Of a DNA stretch of 64,000 nt, positions 25,010-38,213 are shown one piece after another. Location: the NCBI RefSeq assembly GCF_963921235.1, contig NC_086108.1:35280001-35344000 (forward strand), written 5' to 3'. This DNA is from Mobula hypostoma. Lineage: Eukaryota. Under the pieces are notes generated by a model, which had not been told where the DNA came from, made no database searches, and worked only from the letters and a program-made list of their open reading frames with translations. Every line of letters starts with the position of its first letter. Within the stretch, counting starts at the first letter, position 1. The position numbers and the translations under genes were made by a program.

Positions 25010-25370
25010 CAGCAGACAGCACAGTGCTGTTGCTGTCTCACAGCGCCAGTGACCTGGGTTCCATCTCAATCTCCAATGCTGTCTGTGTTGAGTGAGTTTG
25101 CACAATCTCCCTGTAGTCACGTGGGTTTCCACCAGGTGCTCCAGTTAAATCCCAAATACCAAAATTGTGACGGTGTTTGGTAAACTCCTGGCGTGTAGGT
25201 GAGTGGCAGGATCCGGTGGGGCTGTTGGAGTGGAGTGGGGGAGCGAGATTTGATGAGAGTATGGGGAGAGTAAAAAGAGGATTGGGGTGGGATTAGTACT
25301 GGTGAATGATGGATGGTTGGGTATGGTATGAAAAAGCAGACAGCTGCCACAGGGTTGTTTCTGTGTCCTA
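25010..25370 (+). mobile_element. HE1-like V-SINE
   Basis: gctgtctcacagcgccagtgacctgggttcc...gagtttgcac..tctccctgt..cgtgggtttcc..caggtgctccag. Confidence 0.75.
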
Positions 25371-25439
25371 ACTCACTTTGAGCACTCCTTGTACACTTTT
25401 CTATCTCACCAGTCTCTTCTGGGCTGTACGACCTGCTGA

Positions 25440-25610
25440 AATCCCATTGCTCCTCAGATTCACATTGGGTCATCCCTGAAAAAGTGATCACACCATTGTC
25501 AGCCTTGCCTTCGGGCCCCTGGCTGTGGAATTTCCTCTCTTGATCACGTTTGCTCTTTGCTCCTTGGAAACTATCTCTTTGATCAGGGTTTTGAGCGTGC
25601 TCTAAAATCT
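25440..25610 (+). mobile_element. L2 LINE 3' end relic
   Basis: ccattg...tgccttc...tgtggaatttcct...ctccttggaaactatctctttgatcagggtttt. Confidence 0.5.
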
Positions 25611-25674
25611 CCAGGTTTTTAAATTTTGTCTCATAGTTAAACAATGTCCTTTTCAATTGCAGCCCTTGTTTTCC

Positions 25675-25775
25675 TAGTCCTGACAAAGGATCTCGGCCTG
25701 AAACGTCGACTGTACCTCTTCCTAGAGATGCTGCCTGGCCTGCTGCCTTCACCAACAACTTTTTTGTGTGTTCCT
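25675..25775 (+). mobile_element. Short Penelope terminal-repeat fragment starting at the hammerhead motif
   Basis: tagtcCTGACAAaggatctcggcctGAAAcgtcgactg (G8 to A); near-identical to 46450-46545. Confidence 0.85.
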
Positions 25776-26334
25776 TGGTTTCCAATGCTTTTCCAGCTCA
25801 GAAATCTCCTTCATCTCTGTGACTCTCTGACCATCCAGCACCCAGCTCTTACTTTTGTTATTGTTTGCCTTTGTTACTGACAAAAAACGAAATAAAGTGT
25901 GCAAGCTTCACTAAGCATGCTTTCCTTTGCCTTGACTTTTCCTCATTAATGGGTAGGTCACAAATAATTGCAAGCAATATCTCTGGAGTACAAAGGACAT
26001 TAACTTTCATCAAGCCGCACACATGAAGTAAATGATGACATCATGACAATCTTACTTGCGTTGTGCAACTTGCTTGACATTAACTTGACCTTGCCTTTAT
26101 TATTGAGTACAAATAGACTTTGTTATTCTCTCTGACTCAGATCTCTACTCCTTACAAGGCATTGACATCCTGGTCACAAAATTCTTATTTTATCGGCTAC
26201 TTTTCGCAGCAAGATCTAAATGGGATGGTGCAATAGCTTCAAATTTTAACCCATGAGAGACCTAGTAAGGTTGGAGTGGAAGATGTGATTCCAAGCTTTT
26301 CACTTTAACTTCTGTATCAAGGGGAGGGAAAGGG

Positions 26335-26888
26335 TTGGTGTGGTAGTTAGCACAACACATTACAGTATGAGCAGTTGGGTTCAATTCCCACTGCTGCCTG
26401 GAAGGAGTTTTTATGCTCTCCCTGTGATTGCGTGGGTGCTGCGGTTCCCTCTCACTGTAAATTGTCTTGTAATTAGGCTAGAATTAAATTGGGGGATTGC
26501 TGGCTGGCGTGACTTGAAGGGCTGTAAGGGACTATTCCACTCCATAAAGGCATCCGTTAGTCTTGCGAGACCATGGATCTGCGCCTGGAAAGTCTTCACT
26601 CTCCAGGACGCAGGCGTGGGCAAGGTTGTATGGAAGACCAGCAGTTGCCCATGCTGCAAGACTCCCCTCTGCACGACACCAATGTTGTCCAAGGGAAGGA
26701 CATTAGGACCCATACAGCTTGGCACCAGTGTCGTCGCAGAGCAATGTGTGATTAAGTGCCATGCTCAAGGACACAACACATTCCCTCAGCTGGGGCTTGA
26801 ACTCACGACCTTCAGGTCACTAGTCCAATGCCTTAACCACTTGGCCACGTGCCCACACTCCAGAGTTCAATAAATAAATAAATAAATA
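26335..26888 (+). mobile_element. V-SINE-like element with a (TAAA)n tail, interrupted by an RTE-tailed SINE
   Basis: tRNA-like head (gtggtagttagcac...gggttcaattcc), partial V-domain, (taaa)n at 26869-26888. Confidence 0.6.
26545..26855 (-). mobile_element. tRNA-derived SINE with an RTE-LINE 3' tail, full length
   Basis: Head GGGCACGTGGCCAAGTGGTTAAGG...GAGTTCAAGCCCC (A/B boxes). The tail is 46/48 identical to the RTE end at 49840-49887. TSD CACTCCA at 26538-26544 and 26856-26862. Confidence 0.88.
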
Positions 26889-26964
26889 CTTCAGCTCCGA
26901 TATTAATCATTGACTCCTTGACGTCTTCCAGCACTTCTCTGCTGGAGGGGAACATAAAGACAGG

Positions 26965-27115
26965 CCACCATACATTGCCTTTTCCGACCTCAAGACATCA
27001 CAAAGTTTTTTACAAACAGTTAAAGACTGCTGAAGTGTGCAATCATGTGGTAATGTGGGAAATATTGGCAGAGTAAACTCACAGGTCACGATGCTGATTA
27101 GATAACCAGTCTCAT
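26965..27115 (-). mobile_element. Deu-domain SINE relic
   Basis: gacctcaagacatcacaaag...tgaagtgt..catgtggtaatgtgggaaa..ggcag resembles the reverse 3' end of a SacSINE1-like element. Confidence 0.45.
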
Positions 27116-27449
27116 CGGAGCTATTTCTTGAACCAATAAAGTCTAGCTTATGAGTGGGACCGCTTCTGGTTAGTCACTCATCATCTCTTCACACCTTCAT
27201 CCCTCCGACTTCTCTCCACAGACAACCCACACTTCTAATTAATCAACTTGCTGCCTCAGCATTGGTGTTTTGGCAGATCTGCTTCATTCCTGTTGGTTCG
27301 CCCACAACATTTCTTTTCAAAATCCCTGCACTCCCCTTTTATGCAAAGTCCTTTACAGAGGGAGATCATTTGCCTTTTCAGTAACAGTCACAGAAGTAGC
27401 TGGCGCTATGGTAATTAATTTTACTGGAAGGATTGTTCTCATATCTCTG

Positions 27450-27890
27450 CTTTGAGGGGAATGAAGACAAGCTAGAAGGTGATAGGTGAACCAGGTGGGT
27501 GGGGGAGGGGAGATGGAGCAAGAAACTGTGAGGTAGTAGGTAGAAAAGGCAAAGAACTGGAGAAGAAAGAATCAGGTAGGAGAGGAGAGTGCGCCATGGG
27601 AGAAACAGAAAGAGGAGGGGCACCAGGGGGCGGTGATAGGCAGGTCAGGAAGAAGAGGGAAGGGGGAGGGGAAAATTCCAGAATGAGAAATCAATGTTCA
27701 TGCCATCATGTTGGAGAGAGAATATGAGCTGTTTCTCCTCCATCCTGAGAGTGGCTTCATTGCGTCAGAAGTGGAGAGAATGGGCTGACATGTTGGAGTG
27801 GGATTGGGGATAGGAATTAAAATGGCTGGCCACCGGGTAATCCTGCTTTCTGAGAATGAAGCCAGAGTGGTCGACGAAGCCGTCCCTGCA
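27450..27890 (-). mobile_element. Penelope-like 3' fragment (GIY-YIG C-terminus + purine/pyrimidine terminal repeat)
   Basis: Similar to 28800-29330 and to the reverse complement of 61000-61450. Confidence 0.75.
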
Positions 27891-28702
27891 TCCGATTCGT
27901 GCGACTGGGCTAAGTTTAAATATGTGGGTTGTTGGGCCAGAAGAGCCTGTGCCATGCTGTATTTGTAAATGAATAAATAATAGTCTGTGTGTGTGTGTTT
28001 ATTTATTCACAGATACAGCGTACTGTGAACTCCTTACTCTAATGCCCTGAGCTGTAACAGCACGCGTTGCGCTGCCTTGACACTCCGCAGTATTTATATT
28101 TATTGCGTTTTTTTTGTTTTTTACAGTGTTTTTCATGCTTGTTATGTTTTTTATGCTTCATCAGGTATGGAGTAAAAACCATTTCATTCTCCTTTAAACT
28201 CGTGCACCGAAGAATGTCAATAAACAACTTTAAATCTTGAATCTTGGATCTTCAGTCACAGGCTCCATGAAAAGCTTGAGCTGGACTTTGATATTTTATT
28301 TGCATTGGCAGCCGAATGAACCATTGCAATTCTCAGCATTTTGTGCTGCGGCAAGGACCGGCAATGTGCACAAACATGATTCACCCTTGTTAATCTGCAC
28401 AGCACACCTTGTCATTCCTCAGGCTGACACAACAACGATGAGTTTGTTTTTCCTAAAGGCATCAAGCATATTATCATGTGAACTTTAGAACTGTTTTGAG
28501 CTAAATTTCAAGCAATGACTTTTTTTTCCACAAAGTCAAAATCAAATAAAGAGACCAATATTTTGTAAAGTAGCCTAAATGGTTATAGCCATTGTCTTTC
28601 TGTTTGTTTATGTCATAAAGTTGAATACCAGGAAAATATGTACATTTAAGTAACTGATGTTTATTTTATCCATTACAATGGAAAAGAAAATGTTATTTAC
28701 TA

Positions 28703-29525
28703 GTGCAACACACACAAACTACTGGAGAAACTTAACAGGTCTGGCAGCATCTATGGAAATGAATAAACCGTGGGTATTTCAGGATGAGATCCTTCATTAG
28801 GACTGGCATGGAAGGGGGAAGAAGCCAGAATAAGAAGGTGGGAGGGTGGGAGGAAGGCAAGGAGTACAAGGTATGAGATGATAGGTAAAGGTAGGTGGGT
28901 GGAGGAGGAGGGATGAAGTAAGAAGCTGGCAGGTGATAGGTAGAAGAGGTAAAGGGCTGAAGAAGAAGGAATCTAATAGGAGAAGAGAGTGGACCATGGG
29001 TGAAAGGGAAGGAGGAGGGACACCAGGGGGAAGTGATAGGCAGATGAGAAGAAGAGAAGAGGTAAAATGGGGGCCAGAAGAATTGAAGAAGAGGGTAAGG
29101 GGAAAATTACCAGAACCTGGAGAAATCAATGGTCATGCCATCAGGTTAGAGGCTACCCGTATGAAATATGAGCTGCTGCTCCTCCAACCTGAGAGTGGCC
29201 TCATCATAACAGAAGAGGAGGCCGTGGATCAATATGGCGGAATGAGAATAGGGATTGGGATAAAAAAATGGTTGACCAATGGGAAATCCTGCTTTTTGTG
29301 GATGAAACCAAGGTGCTTGACAAAACAATTCCCCCAATTTTTGTCAGGTCTCACCAATGTGGAGGAGACTGCTTTGGGAGCACTGAAGACAATAGACGAC
29401 GTCTACAGGTTTGCAGGTGAAATGCTGCCTCACCTGTAAGAACTGGTTGGGGCCCTGAATGGAAGTGAGGGAGGAGGTGAATGGGCAGGTATAGCACCTC
29501 TTCTGTTTGCAGGGGTAAGTATCAG
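28703..29525 (-). mobile_element. Penelope-like 3' end (GIY-YIG + terminal repeat with a degenerate hammerhead at ~28768-28805)
   Basis: HGLLFCYDEATLRLEEQQLIF; homologous to 60800-61590. Confidence 0.85.
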
Positions 29526-29731
29526 GATTTGCTGGGAGTGTACCAAAAATAAATCCCCTGCCTTACTGCTAACAGGTAACTCTCTCAACAAACCTAATGA
29601 ACAGAGCTATGTTCTATTTCCACTTTCTAACACTACCTGCAGTAGCTTCACTTCAGGACATCTCTGAGATCTATGCCTGGACAGGTAATAAACACCTTGG
29701 ATATGTTATGCCATCGTTCTCATACTACCAG

Positions 29732-30422
29732 TGTAGGCCCGCCCCCCGGTAAGCCTCAGGGTCTCTCAGTTCGCTGTCATCTAGGGAAACAGCCCTTGGC
29801 CCTGCCAAACTTGGTAATTAAGTTCGTGTGGATGCTGTGTGATGTACCCCACCCCGCCAAATAACAGACAATACACCAAATGCGATTAAATGATTACACT
29901 TTATAGATATTACTGGAACTATATAATTAATAGAAATAAAATATAAAAGGAAAATAAAAGGCGCCACACTTATCAAAGTTCAATCTCTTCGTGCACAACA
30001 GTTGGAGCTCTAGTAACGATCCTCTCTTCACCATCTGATCCCCTCTGACCACCTCGACCTGCCGCCTGAGACCAACCACGGTGGTCGACCGGACGCTCCA
30101 CACGAGTCTGTCTCCGTCTCCTCTCCTCGCCGAAGACCCTTGACCTTGGACTCCTGTTCGGGGTCTGACCCTGTCAGCAAACTCACAGCACCTTGTCCAT
30201 TCTCTCTTTCTCCATCGCGCCTTCTGCTCAAGAAGCCGCGCATCACAACAACTTACAGACGCGCAAGGAAGAATAACATCTATCCCAACTGATTCGTTTG
30301 CTCTCTTATCGATAAAATAACCCAAACAAGCTGCTAGTGGGAGAACTTTCTCAGCAGTTAACATAACAAAGAAGCCATTTTAATTAGCTACGCAGTAACA
30401 TAAAAAGCAGAAACCCATTACA
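29732..30422 (-). mobile_element. Probable solo LTR (~690 bp)
   Basis: TGTA...TACA termini and a CpG-richer interior than the flanks, with no coding motifs. Only a 3-bp (CAG) flanking match. Confidence 0.6.
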
Positions 30423-31234
30423 CAGATAAAAAAGCAATCTGAAAGAATAAGAAACCAATGTGTTTTGGTCTTTTCTATTCACCTATATGCAATAACCTCT
30501 ACTTGCCTTTGTGTAAGTCATTAAGAGGTAGCAAAAAATTGGATTAAACTGGAACCCTTGAGCAGCAAGTTTCTTTAAAGGGACATGCCAAGAAATCAGT
30601 TAAATATCACAAACATACTCATATCCCAGGCTATTAGTGACCAGCAGGGAGTTAGGAGTGGGGGGTAAGGGTGGAGCTAATTAATATCTGCAAAATTCTT
30701 TTGAACTCAAATTGCATAACCAGGAAAACAGATGGGGAGACTGCAGGAGTGAATGGAAATGCATTTGAAAGTTCCATTTGTTGCTGACAGTTGGATACCA
30801 GTGGGAGTGTAAGCGAACGACCAGGAACAAAATTGAGGTGGTAGCAGAGCTCTTGTTTGAAACAAATTTCTGTGTGGAAAGGATAGATGACACATCAACT
30901 GCTGCTTGTAAATTAAATTTCAGAACTGAAGAAAAGAAAATTGGGAAAATTGGACTGAAAATTGCATAAAATGCCTGGTCTTGTAACTTCCAGTGAAACA
31001 TATATAATAGCAAGGATTCATCTGCAATTAAGAAATCTTATATTTTTCATATCATGCTCTTGCTTCAGGACCTCAACAGAAAGATTAATGTACCAACCAT
31101 TTTCTTCTTCTTCCTGTCGACTTTAAATTCCACTTCAATGGATTGATGGCCATCATTTTTGAGAAGCTCCAAAATCAATTTTAAAAAACCATTCAATGTT
31201 CCTGTTGCACAAAGTTTTATGATTTTAGAACATT

Positions 31235-31385
31235 CATTATAGAACATTACAGCACATTACAAGCTCTTTGGCCCACGATTTTGTGCCAACCTTATAACCT
31301 ACTCTAAGAATAATCTAATCCTTCCCTGCTACATTTTCCATTTTCCGATACCCATGTGCCTGTCTAGGAGTCTTTTAAAGATTCT
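31235..31385 (-). mobile_element. CR1 3'UTR fragment
   Basis: atagaacattacagcacattacaagctctttggcccac. Confidence 0.7.
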
Positions 31386-32404
31386 ACATCACCCTCTTTC
31401 CTTCTGGATCCTCCATTTACCTGACACATTCATTTATAGAGGCCCCCAGCTGTGCATAGTGGCATCTACTGTAAATTTGAAGGCTGCATCCAGCATTTAC
31501 TGTTGGGAGCCCAGAGTACTCAAATACTTGAACAGAATATGAGCTTCTTTGTGCTTGAGAGGTGTGTTTAGGCCTTGCATAAAGAGAAGTTACGTTATTT
31601 CTCCCAGACTAAGAGGACTACGTTTATGAATTTGTCTACTTTGTCTATCTATTGATGACACTAATCACCCTACCAACTCCCCAACACTTTCAAACAACCT
31701 TTCAGCCCAATTTTTATTCTGAACCCTTGAAACCAATCCCCACCTCCTATGTTTTGGCCTTGGCCCACCTCTGCTTCCTAGGCCATTGACATTAAATCCC
31801 TTCCACCCCAATCCCTAATTTCCTTCTTTACTCTGCCGTCCCAGCTTCTTTACCAATTCCCACCCTGTCACCATACATCACAGCCCCCTGATTGTCTTTG
31901 TACCCTTCACACCGAGGAAACGTACCAAAGCAAGGCCTTTGCGGTGGTGCACCATCACCCTGGGCCTTGGACCTTGATGAATGTAATGCCCATTGGCTCA
32001 GCATACATCGTGTGTTGAAGGCACCCACACAGGCACCATTCATCTCTGGGCAATGGAGATGGACTCAGCACCTGGTGGGTCCTGCTCTGATACAAGGGCC
32101 TGACAAGTTAACTTTACTTCCCTCCCTAACCTCTGACCTGTGTTCTCCAATTTCAGCTTTGCGTTCCATTGCCCTACAGTATTATGCCTCAGGCCCACGT
32201 TCACTGCCATCCACCGAGACAGCCAGCCAGCACTCCATTGCTTATAATCACCAAAGCTTACTCTCACTACTGCAGAAGAGCTGGAATTCTGGCTCTCAAC
32301 TATTCTGAAGTGGATCCGTTTGTCATCGACCCTATGACTTGTGTTGCAGTAAGACGGTACAAATGGAATTTGCTTAAATTGCTTCATCAGAGGCTGATTG
32401 TAAC

Positions 32405-34868
32405 ACAGGTATGCCTTAATTCATGAACAATGGACTCACAACCCATTTACCCACTATGTGCCACCTTTTCTACACTGGGAACCTCTGCTTGCGTGATCAA
32501 TGGGAGGCTCACCTACTACACCACTGCTACCTCGGAAGAGGCGTCGGAGGCGAGGGAAAAGGGCCGGCGTACTGGTGAGGTTGAGATGGTGTGCTAATCA
32601 ACCGCCGCTCCCTAGCATACTCCTGGCTAATGTTCACTCCCTGGACAATACGCTGTGCGAACTGAGAGCCAGAATCTCCTTATAGTAGGAAGTAAAGGAA
32701 TGTGACATTTTGTGCCTCGTTGTAGACCTGGCTGATGGAGGAGGTACCAGATCATGCCATCGAGCCCTCAGAGTTCTCCCTGTGTGAAAACCTCTCTGGG
32801 AAGAGTAAAGGAGGAGTGATATGCTTCATGGTCAGTAATGCCTGGTGTAACCCCCCCCCCCCCCCCCGGAACATGCATACCCTCATATCCTTTTGTTCCC
32901 CAGATCTGGAGTGCCTGGTGCTGTTGTGTAGAGCTCTCTAGCTGCCGAGGGAGTTCACGGCTGTTACCATCACAGCTGTGTATATTCCTCCGCAGACTGA
33001 TCCTGACCTGGCTCTCAAGGAAGTGTACGAGACCATCAGCACCCTGAGACTGCACACCCACAGGCTGCTTTCATTATTGCTGGAAACTTCAATAGAGCGT
33101 CACTGACTAAAGTCTCTCCGAAGTTTTGTCAACACATCCACGAGAGCACACAGGGAGATAGTATACTCGACCACCGCTACTCTCCCTTCTGCAATGCTTA
33201 CAAAGTGCTCCTCCACCCTCCATTTGGAAAATCAGATCATTCCTCCATCTTGCTGCAGCCAACGTACAGGCAGAAACTGAAACAAGAGGTGGCCATATTC
33301 AGAACCGTCCACTGTTGGTCTGACTAATCAGCCTCCATGCTGCAGAACTGCTTCGATGACATCGACTGGAACGTCTTCCATGATGAGGATGTCTCCAAGT
33401 TCACGGATGGGGTCACGAGTTTCATCCAGAAGTGCATCGAGGATGTTGTCCCCCAGTAGTTGGTCAGGGACTATCCAAGAAATGCAGCTACGATCTGTGC
33501 AAAGTCATCGAGGCAGCGAAACACTACAGAGACAAGATTCAGACTCAGCTCTCCACCAACAACACATGCAGCTTATGGCAAGGTCTGCACACCAGCGCAG
33601 ACTTCAAAGCTAAACACAGTGGAGATTCCAACTTTGCTACCTCTCTCCCAGACGAGCTAAACCCTTTTTCCACTCAATTTGATGTTACCAACGCTGAGCC
33701 CCCGAGGAGACCTACACACCGTCCTTACACATCTGGAGAAGAGGGATGCTTATGTGAGAAATCTGTTTTTGGACTACTCAGCATTCAACACCATAATTCT
33801 CTCCAGGCTTGACAAGAAGCTCAGAGACCTCAGCCTTCACCCTGCCTTGTGTAGCTGGATCCTGGATTTCCTGTCAGATCACCGGCAGGTAGTAAGAGTG
33901 GGCTCCCTCACCTCTGCCTCTCTGACCCTCAACATAAGTGCCCCTCAGGGATGTGTCCTAAGCCCCCCCCCCCTTACTTACTGTGTACTCATGACTGTGT
34001 CGCCACCCACAGCTCCAGTCTGCAAATTAAATTTGCCGACGACACTACACTGATTGGCCTAATCTCAAATAATAATGAGGCAGCCTACAGAGAAGAGGTT
34101 ATCATTCTGACACAGTGGTGTCAAGAAAACGACCTCTCTCCCAATGTCGCAAAAACAAAGGAGCTGATTGTGGACTACAGGAAGAATGGAGACAGGCTAG
34201 CCCCAATTGCGATCAATGGATCTGGAGTTGAGAGGGTGAACGGCTTTAAGTTCCTCAGCAAAACATCACCGAGGATCTCTCGTGATCTGTACATACTGGC
34301 TGTGTGGTGAAAGAGGCACAATGGTGCCTCTTTCACCTCAGATGGTTGAAGACGTTTGGTGTGGGCCCTCAAATCCTAAGAAAATTTTAATGGAGCACAA
34401 CTGAGAGCATCCTGACTGGCTGCATCACTGCCTGCTATGGGAACTGCACTTCCCCCAATTGCAGGACTCTGCTGGAGAGTGGTGCAGACAGCCCAGCGCA
34501 TCTGCGAACCTCCCACTATTCAGGACATTTACAAAGACAGGTGTGTAAAAAGGGCCCGATGGTTCATTAGAGACCCGAGTCACCCCAACCGCAAACTGTT
34601 TCAGCTGCTACCATCCGGGAAACAGTACTGCAACATAAAAACCAGAACCAACAGGCTCCGGGACAGCTTCTTCCACCAGGCCATCAGACTGATTAATTCA
34701 TGCTGACACAACTGTATTTCTATGTTATATTGACTATCTGTTGTACATACTATTTATTGTAAATTACTATAAATTGTACATTGCACAATTAGACGGCGAT
34801 GTAACATAAAGATTTTTACTCCTCAAGTATATGAAGGATGTAAGTAATAAAGTCAATTCAATTCAACT
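32405..34868 (+). mobile_element. Rex1/Babar LINE spanning endonuclease to tail, with internal deletions and frameshifts
   Basis: RGKRAGV...[80 protein letters not shown]; (CAATT)n tail. Confidence 0.92.
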
Positions 34869-35039
34869 TAATTCTTCCCTATAATGCCACAGATACATGG
34901 AGTTGTACAGCAGAGAAACAGGCCCCTCAGCCCACAAAGTCATAAACACCCTTTTCCACTCACCCTAAACTAGCCTGTTTCATTCTCCTCACGTTAACAG
35001 CAGCTCCCTTCAGGTTTTACCACACATCTGCTACTGAGA

Positions 35040-35430
35040 GTCATAGAGTCAAACAGCATGGAAACAGGCCGTTTGGGCCAAATGATCTACAAAACCAAGT
35101 TTTCCATCGAAGCTGCTGTCATTGGCCTGCACGTGGCCCATATATCTCTAGACCTTTTCTATCCAAATGTCTTTTAAATGTTAATATACCTGCCTCAATC
35201 ACTCCCTCTGGTAACTCATTCCATACATCTAGCACCTTCTGGGTAAAGACATTGCCTGTCAGATTCATACTAAATCTCTCCATTCCCACCCTAAACCTAT
35301 GTCCTCTAGTTCTTGGTTCGGCAACCATGGGAACTGGAGGCAATTTGGTTAGCCAGCTACTAATCCTCATGTCCTTGTGATGTAGGAGGAACCTGAGGCA
35401 CACGGAGGAAACCCACACCAGCACACACAC
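35040..35430 (-). mobile_element. CR1 3' end plus a V-SINE fragment
   Basis: RTRGHRFRV, FTQKVLDVWNELP; gatgtaggaggaacctgaggcacacggaggaaacccac. Confidence 0.7.
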
Positions 35431-35994
35431 AGCAACAAATCTCTAGATTTGGGGGCAGCAGCTTGACCAAATGTGCTTCTGAACTTCTTCATGACTCTCT
35501 CTCTCCCCCTCTCCTTCATTCCTTCAGTCATCTCAGCAGATACTTATTTCAATCGGACGGTGAAGGGAGACAGCTAATCGGCAGTTTGCCACAATACTGT
35601 TTAAAAAATAACACCCTCATCCATGAAGGTGCATTTGTTACCAACCCCGATTTAATCATCCTTGTGAGGGTGTCCAGGTAGGACATTCCTGCTAAAACCC
35701 TGCGAACCGGTCCCTCCAGCTCAGCTGTTCCAGAATCCCAGCCGTCAGCGCGCTTGTTTAATATTAACACTGAAGCACACTTGTCGCTCTGGTTAACATT
35801 CGGTTGAGTGCCACCCTTGTCATTTGCGAGTGAGACCTCTAATTATACACGATTGTGAGGTCTGATCTAACTTGTAAAAATGTAATTATTTTAAATCATG
35901 TTCAACAACACATAAAATAAGAGCTATTTGCACTAATTTATCTGGAGTTAGATCTGAGTGTTTGCGCTTTAAATGAAATAGGTATCATATAAAG

Positions 35995-36362
35995 TGGGTG
36001 GTGGGTGGAGCTAAAGTATCTACCAAAGGAGGTGTAAAGCGCTCCTTTCCTCTGCTAGCAGCAGGTCACCCTTGGGCAAGGGTAGTATCTGTTAGTGTCC
36101 TTGATCAGGGTCACGTGCAGCAATGGGAGCAGCTGGTGGATGCTTGTAGGAGCAGCTGGTGTATGTCTCAAGTCCTGGTTACGTGACCACTGATGACAGG
36201 CACACAGTCTCTGAAGAGTATTGATAATGGCTGGGGTCACCTGTCTTGTAAAGACGCTGTGCAGAAGAAGGCAATGGAAAACCACTTCTGTAGTAAAATT
36301 TGCCGAGAACAATCATGGTCAAAGGCCATGATTGTCCTCATCATATAATTATAATAATGATG
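35995..36362 (+). mobile_element. Short non-autonomous element with an RTE/BovB-like motif and an (ATN)n tail
   Basis: GAAGAAGGCAATGGAAAACCACTTCTGTAG...TTGCCGAGAA resembles the BovB-derived tails of Sauria SINE and Bov-A. Ends ataataatgatga. Confidence 0.6.
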
Positions 36363-38213
36363 ACCATATACAGTAAGGATATCATTCCTTGCTTCCCATC
36401 TCACCTTCATACCTGATTTGTCATTGCATATCCAGCTGCGACAATTAGTCTGGAAAAGAAAATCACTGTTGTTACTAGACAAATTACCTGAAAACAGAGT
36501 AGAAACGAACAGCTTATTTTTGATTTGGCAGCTTATGACTAGAGGTACAACAGGGATCGGTGCTGAGCTCCTGTCTGTTTGCAACCTGTATCTGTGAATT
36601 GCATGAAGGCATATCATCAATATATCTAGGTTTGGTGATAATATGAAGCTCAATCTCAATGTAAGCGAGAGGAGGGTGCAAAGAGGCTTCAGGGAAATAA
36701 ATGCAAGCAAAATGAAGAGAGAATTAGACTTTGCCCTGGCCTCTAATTCCCCCACATCCCTGTCCCTAAACCTTAAGGCAATCGCCTGTCTGTCCTCAAA
36801 ACCATCCTTACAAACCTGAAAGCAACATTGCTGTGGGTGGCTAGGCCATACAGAAAGCTATGGATATTGCCCACTGGCATTAACCAATGGGTGATCCCAG
36901 TGATGTTACTGAGACCCAATGGGCTTACAATGAAGAAAACTTCTAGACAAGGATTTATGATGAAAAGGGCTGAACAATAACAGGGAAGACAATTCACTTA
37001 GTGTGTGCTGCCAGTGGGATTTTGTTTTAACAAAATATTCCTGGGTGGTATACTCTGGATGCACAGCATCTAATTTGCATATGGCAAGGCCATTCAATAA
37101 TCAGGTAAATTGTAGCTTAATTAGGACACCGATTTTATTTTAACACATCATGGGATTGATTACACCCTCTTGCAGTGCAGAACTCCATAGCTGACACAGT
37201 GTCAACTACCTCCCTAAGAGACAGAGTTACTACAAATTGCTCAAAAAGTTGGCAGAATCTGGTTTAATGACTAATGAGAGGGAACGTTTTTGGCATTATT
37301 TGACTGTGCAGTGGCTAACAGAGATGCAGGCTACATGGGAAACTCAGATTACCACCTCCACTTATCATTAATTAATAAACACGTAATCATATTTTGATTC
37401 AGTACTGTTTTTCAGAGGATTGGTTGATTAAAATACACTCAATGATATATAGATTCCCTTTAAGAATGAAACTGATTTTGACTTTTTCCTAGTCTTTTTG
37501 TCGATTGTTTTAATGAAGGTTGAGCAGTTTGGAGATCTAAATCAACATGAACAAGTGAAATAAGTTAATTATTTCGATCGTTTCAAACTGGCAAATATGA
37601 TGAATTTCTAAAGTACTCATCTGGATTAAGTTGCTTAAAATAAGCTACCTTTATTTCAGAATTCAACAGAGGAAAAGATAAAAAGAGTATTAACATCCAT
37701 CATGGTAATTTATTGTCTGTTGAATATTAACCTTCGATGATTGACTGACAAACTTCCTTGGATTTTGAATGGTAAATGTAACATTGATGGTCAAATGCTC
37801 CACCTGCTGGCCCACCCCAGTGGTGTGAGCACTCAGAGATCAGCAAAGGGCAGGAGCAAAGAAAGCTTAAAGCAATCTTGAACTGTCTCATCTCTCCTGC
37901 TGACAATGGCATCACTATTTCCACCCCCATCACCACCCCGTGCCATTTGTTACAACTTAATCAATCTGAGTGGTATAAAGACACCTCCTAATACTCTCTG
38001 CCTTTAAAAGAAATCAGATATTGAAGTCATCTTCTGTCCCAAGGGATGGCTTAAGAAGCAGACTTCATGAAATATCAGCTTATATCAAATAACAATTTAT
38101 GGACCATTGTAAAATAAATGCCTTGATCCTTACAAGTGCAAATTTAATGTCATTTGCAAGACCTTATGACAAGCTGACATGAGTTCATATGAGATGGCAT
38201 GAGAACTGACTCA

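Noticed and set aside
25117..25785. 222-aa minus-strand ORF
   Set aside because: It spans antisense Penelope, L2 and V-SINE fragments and has no domain signature.
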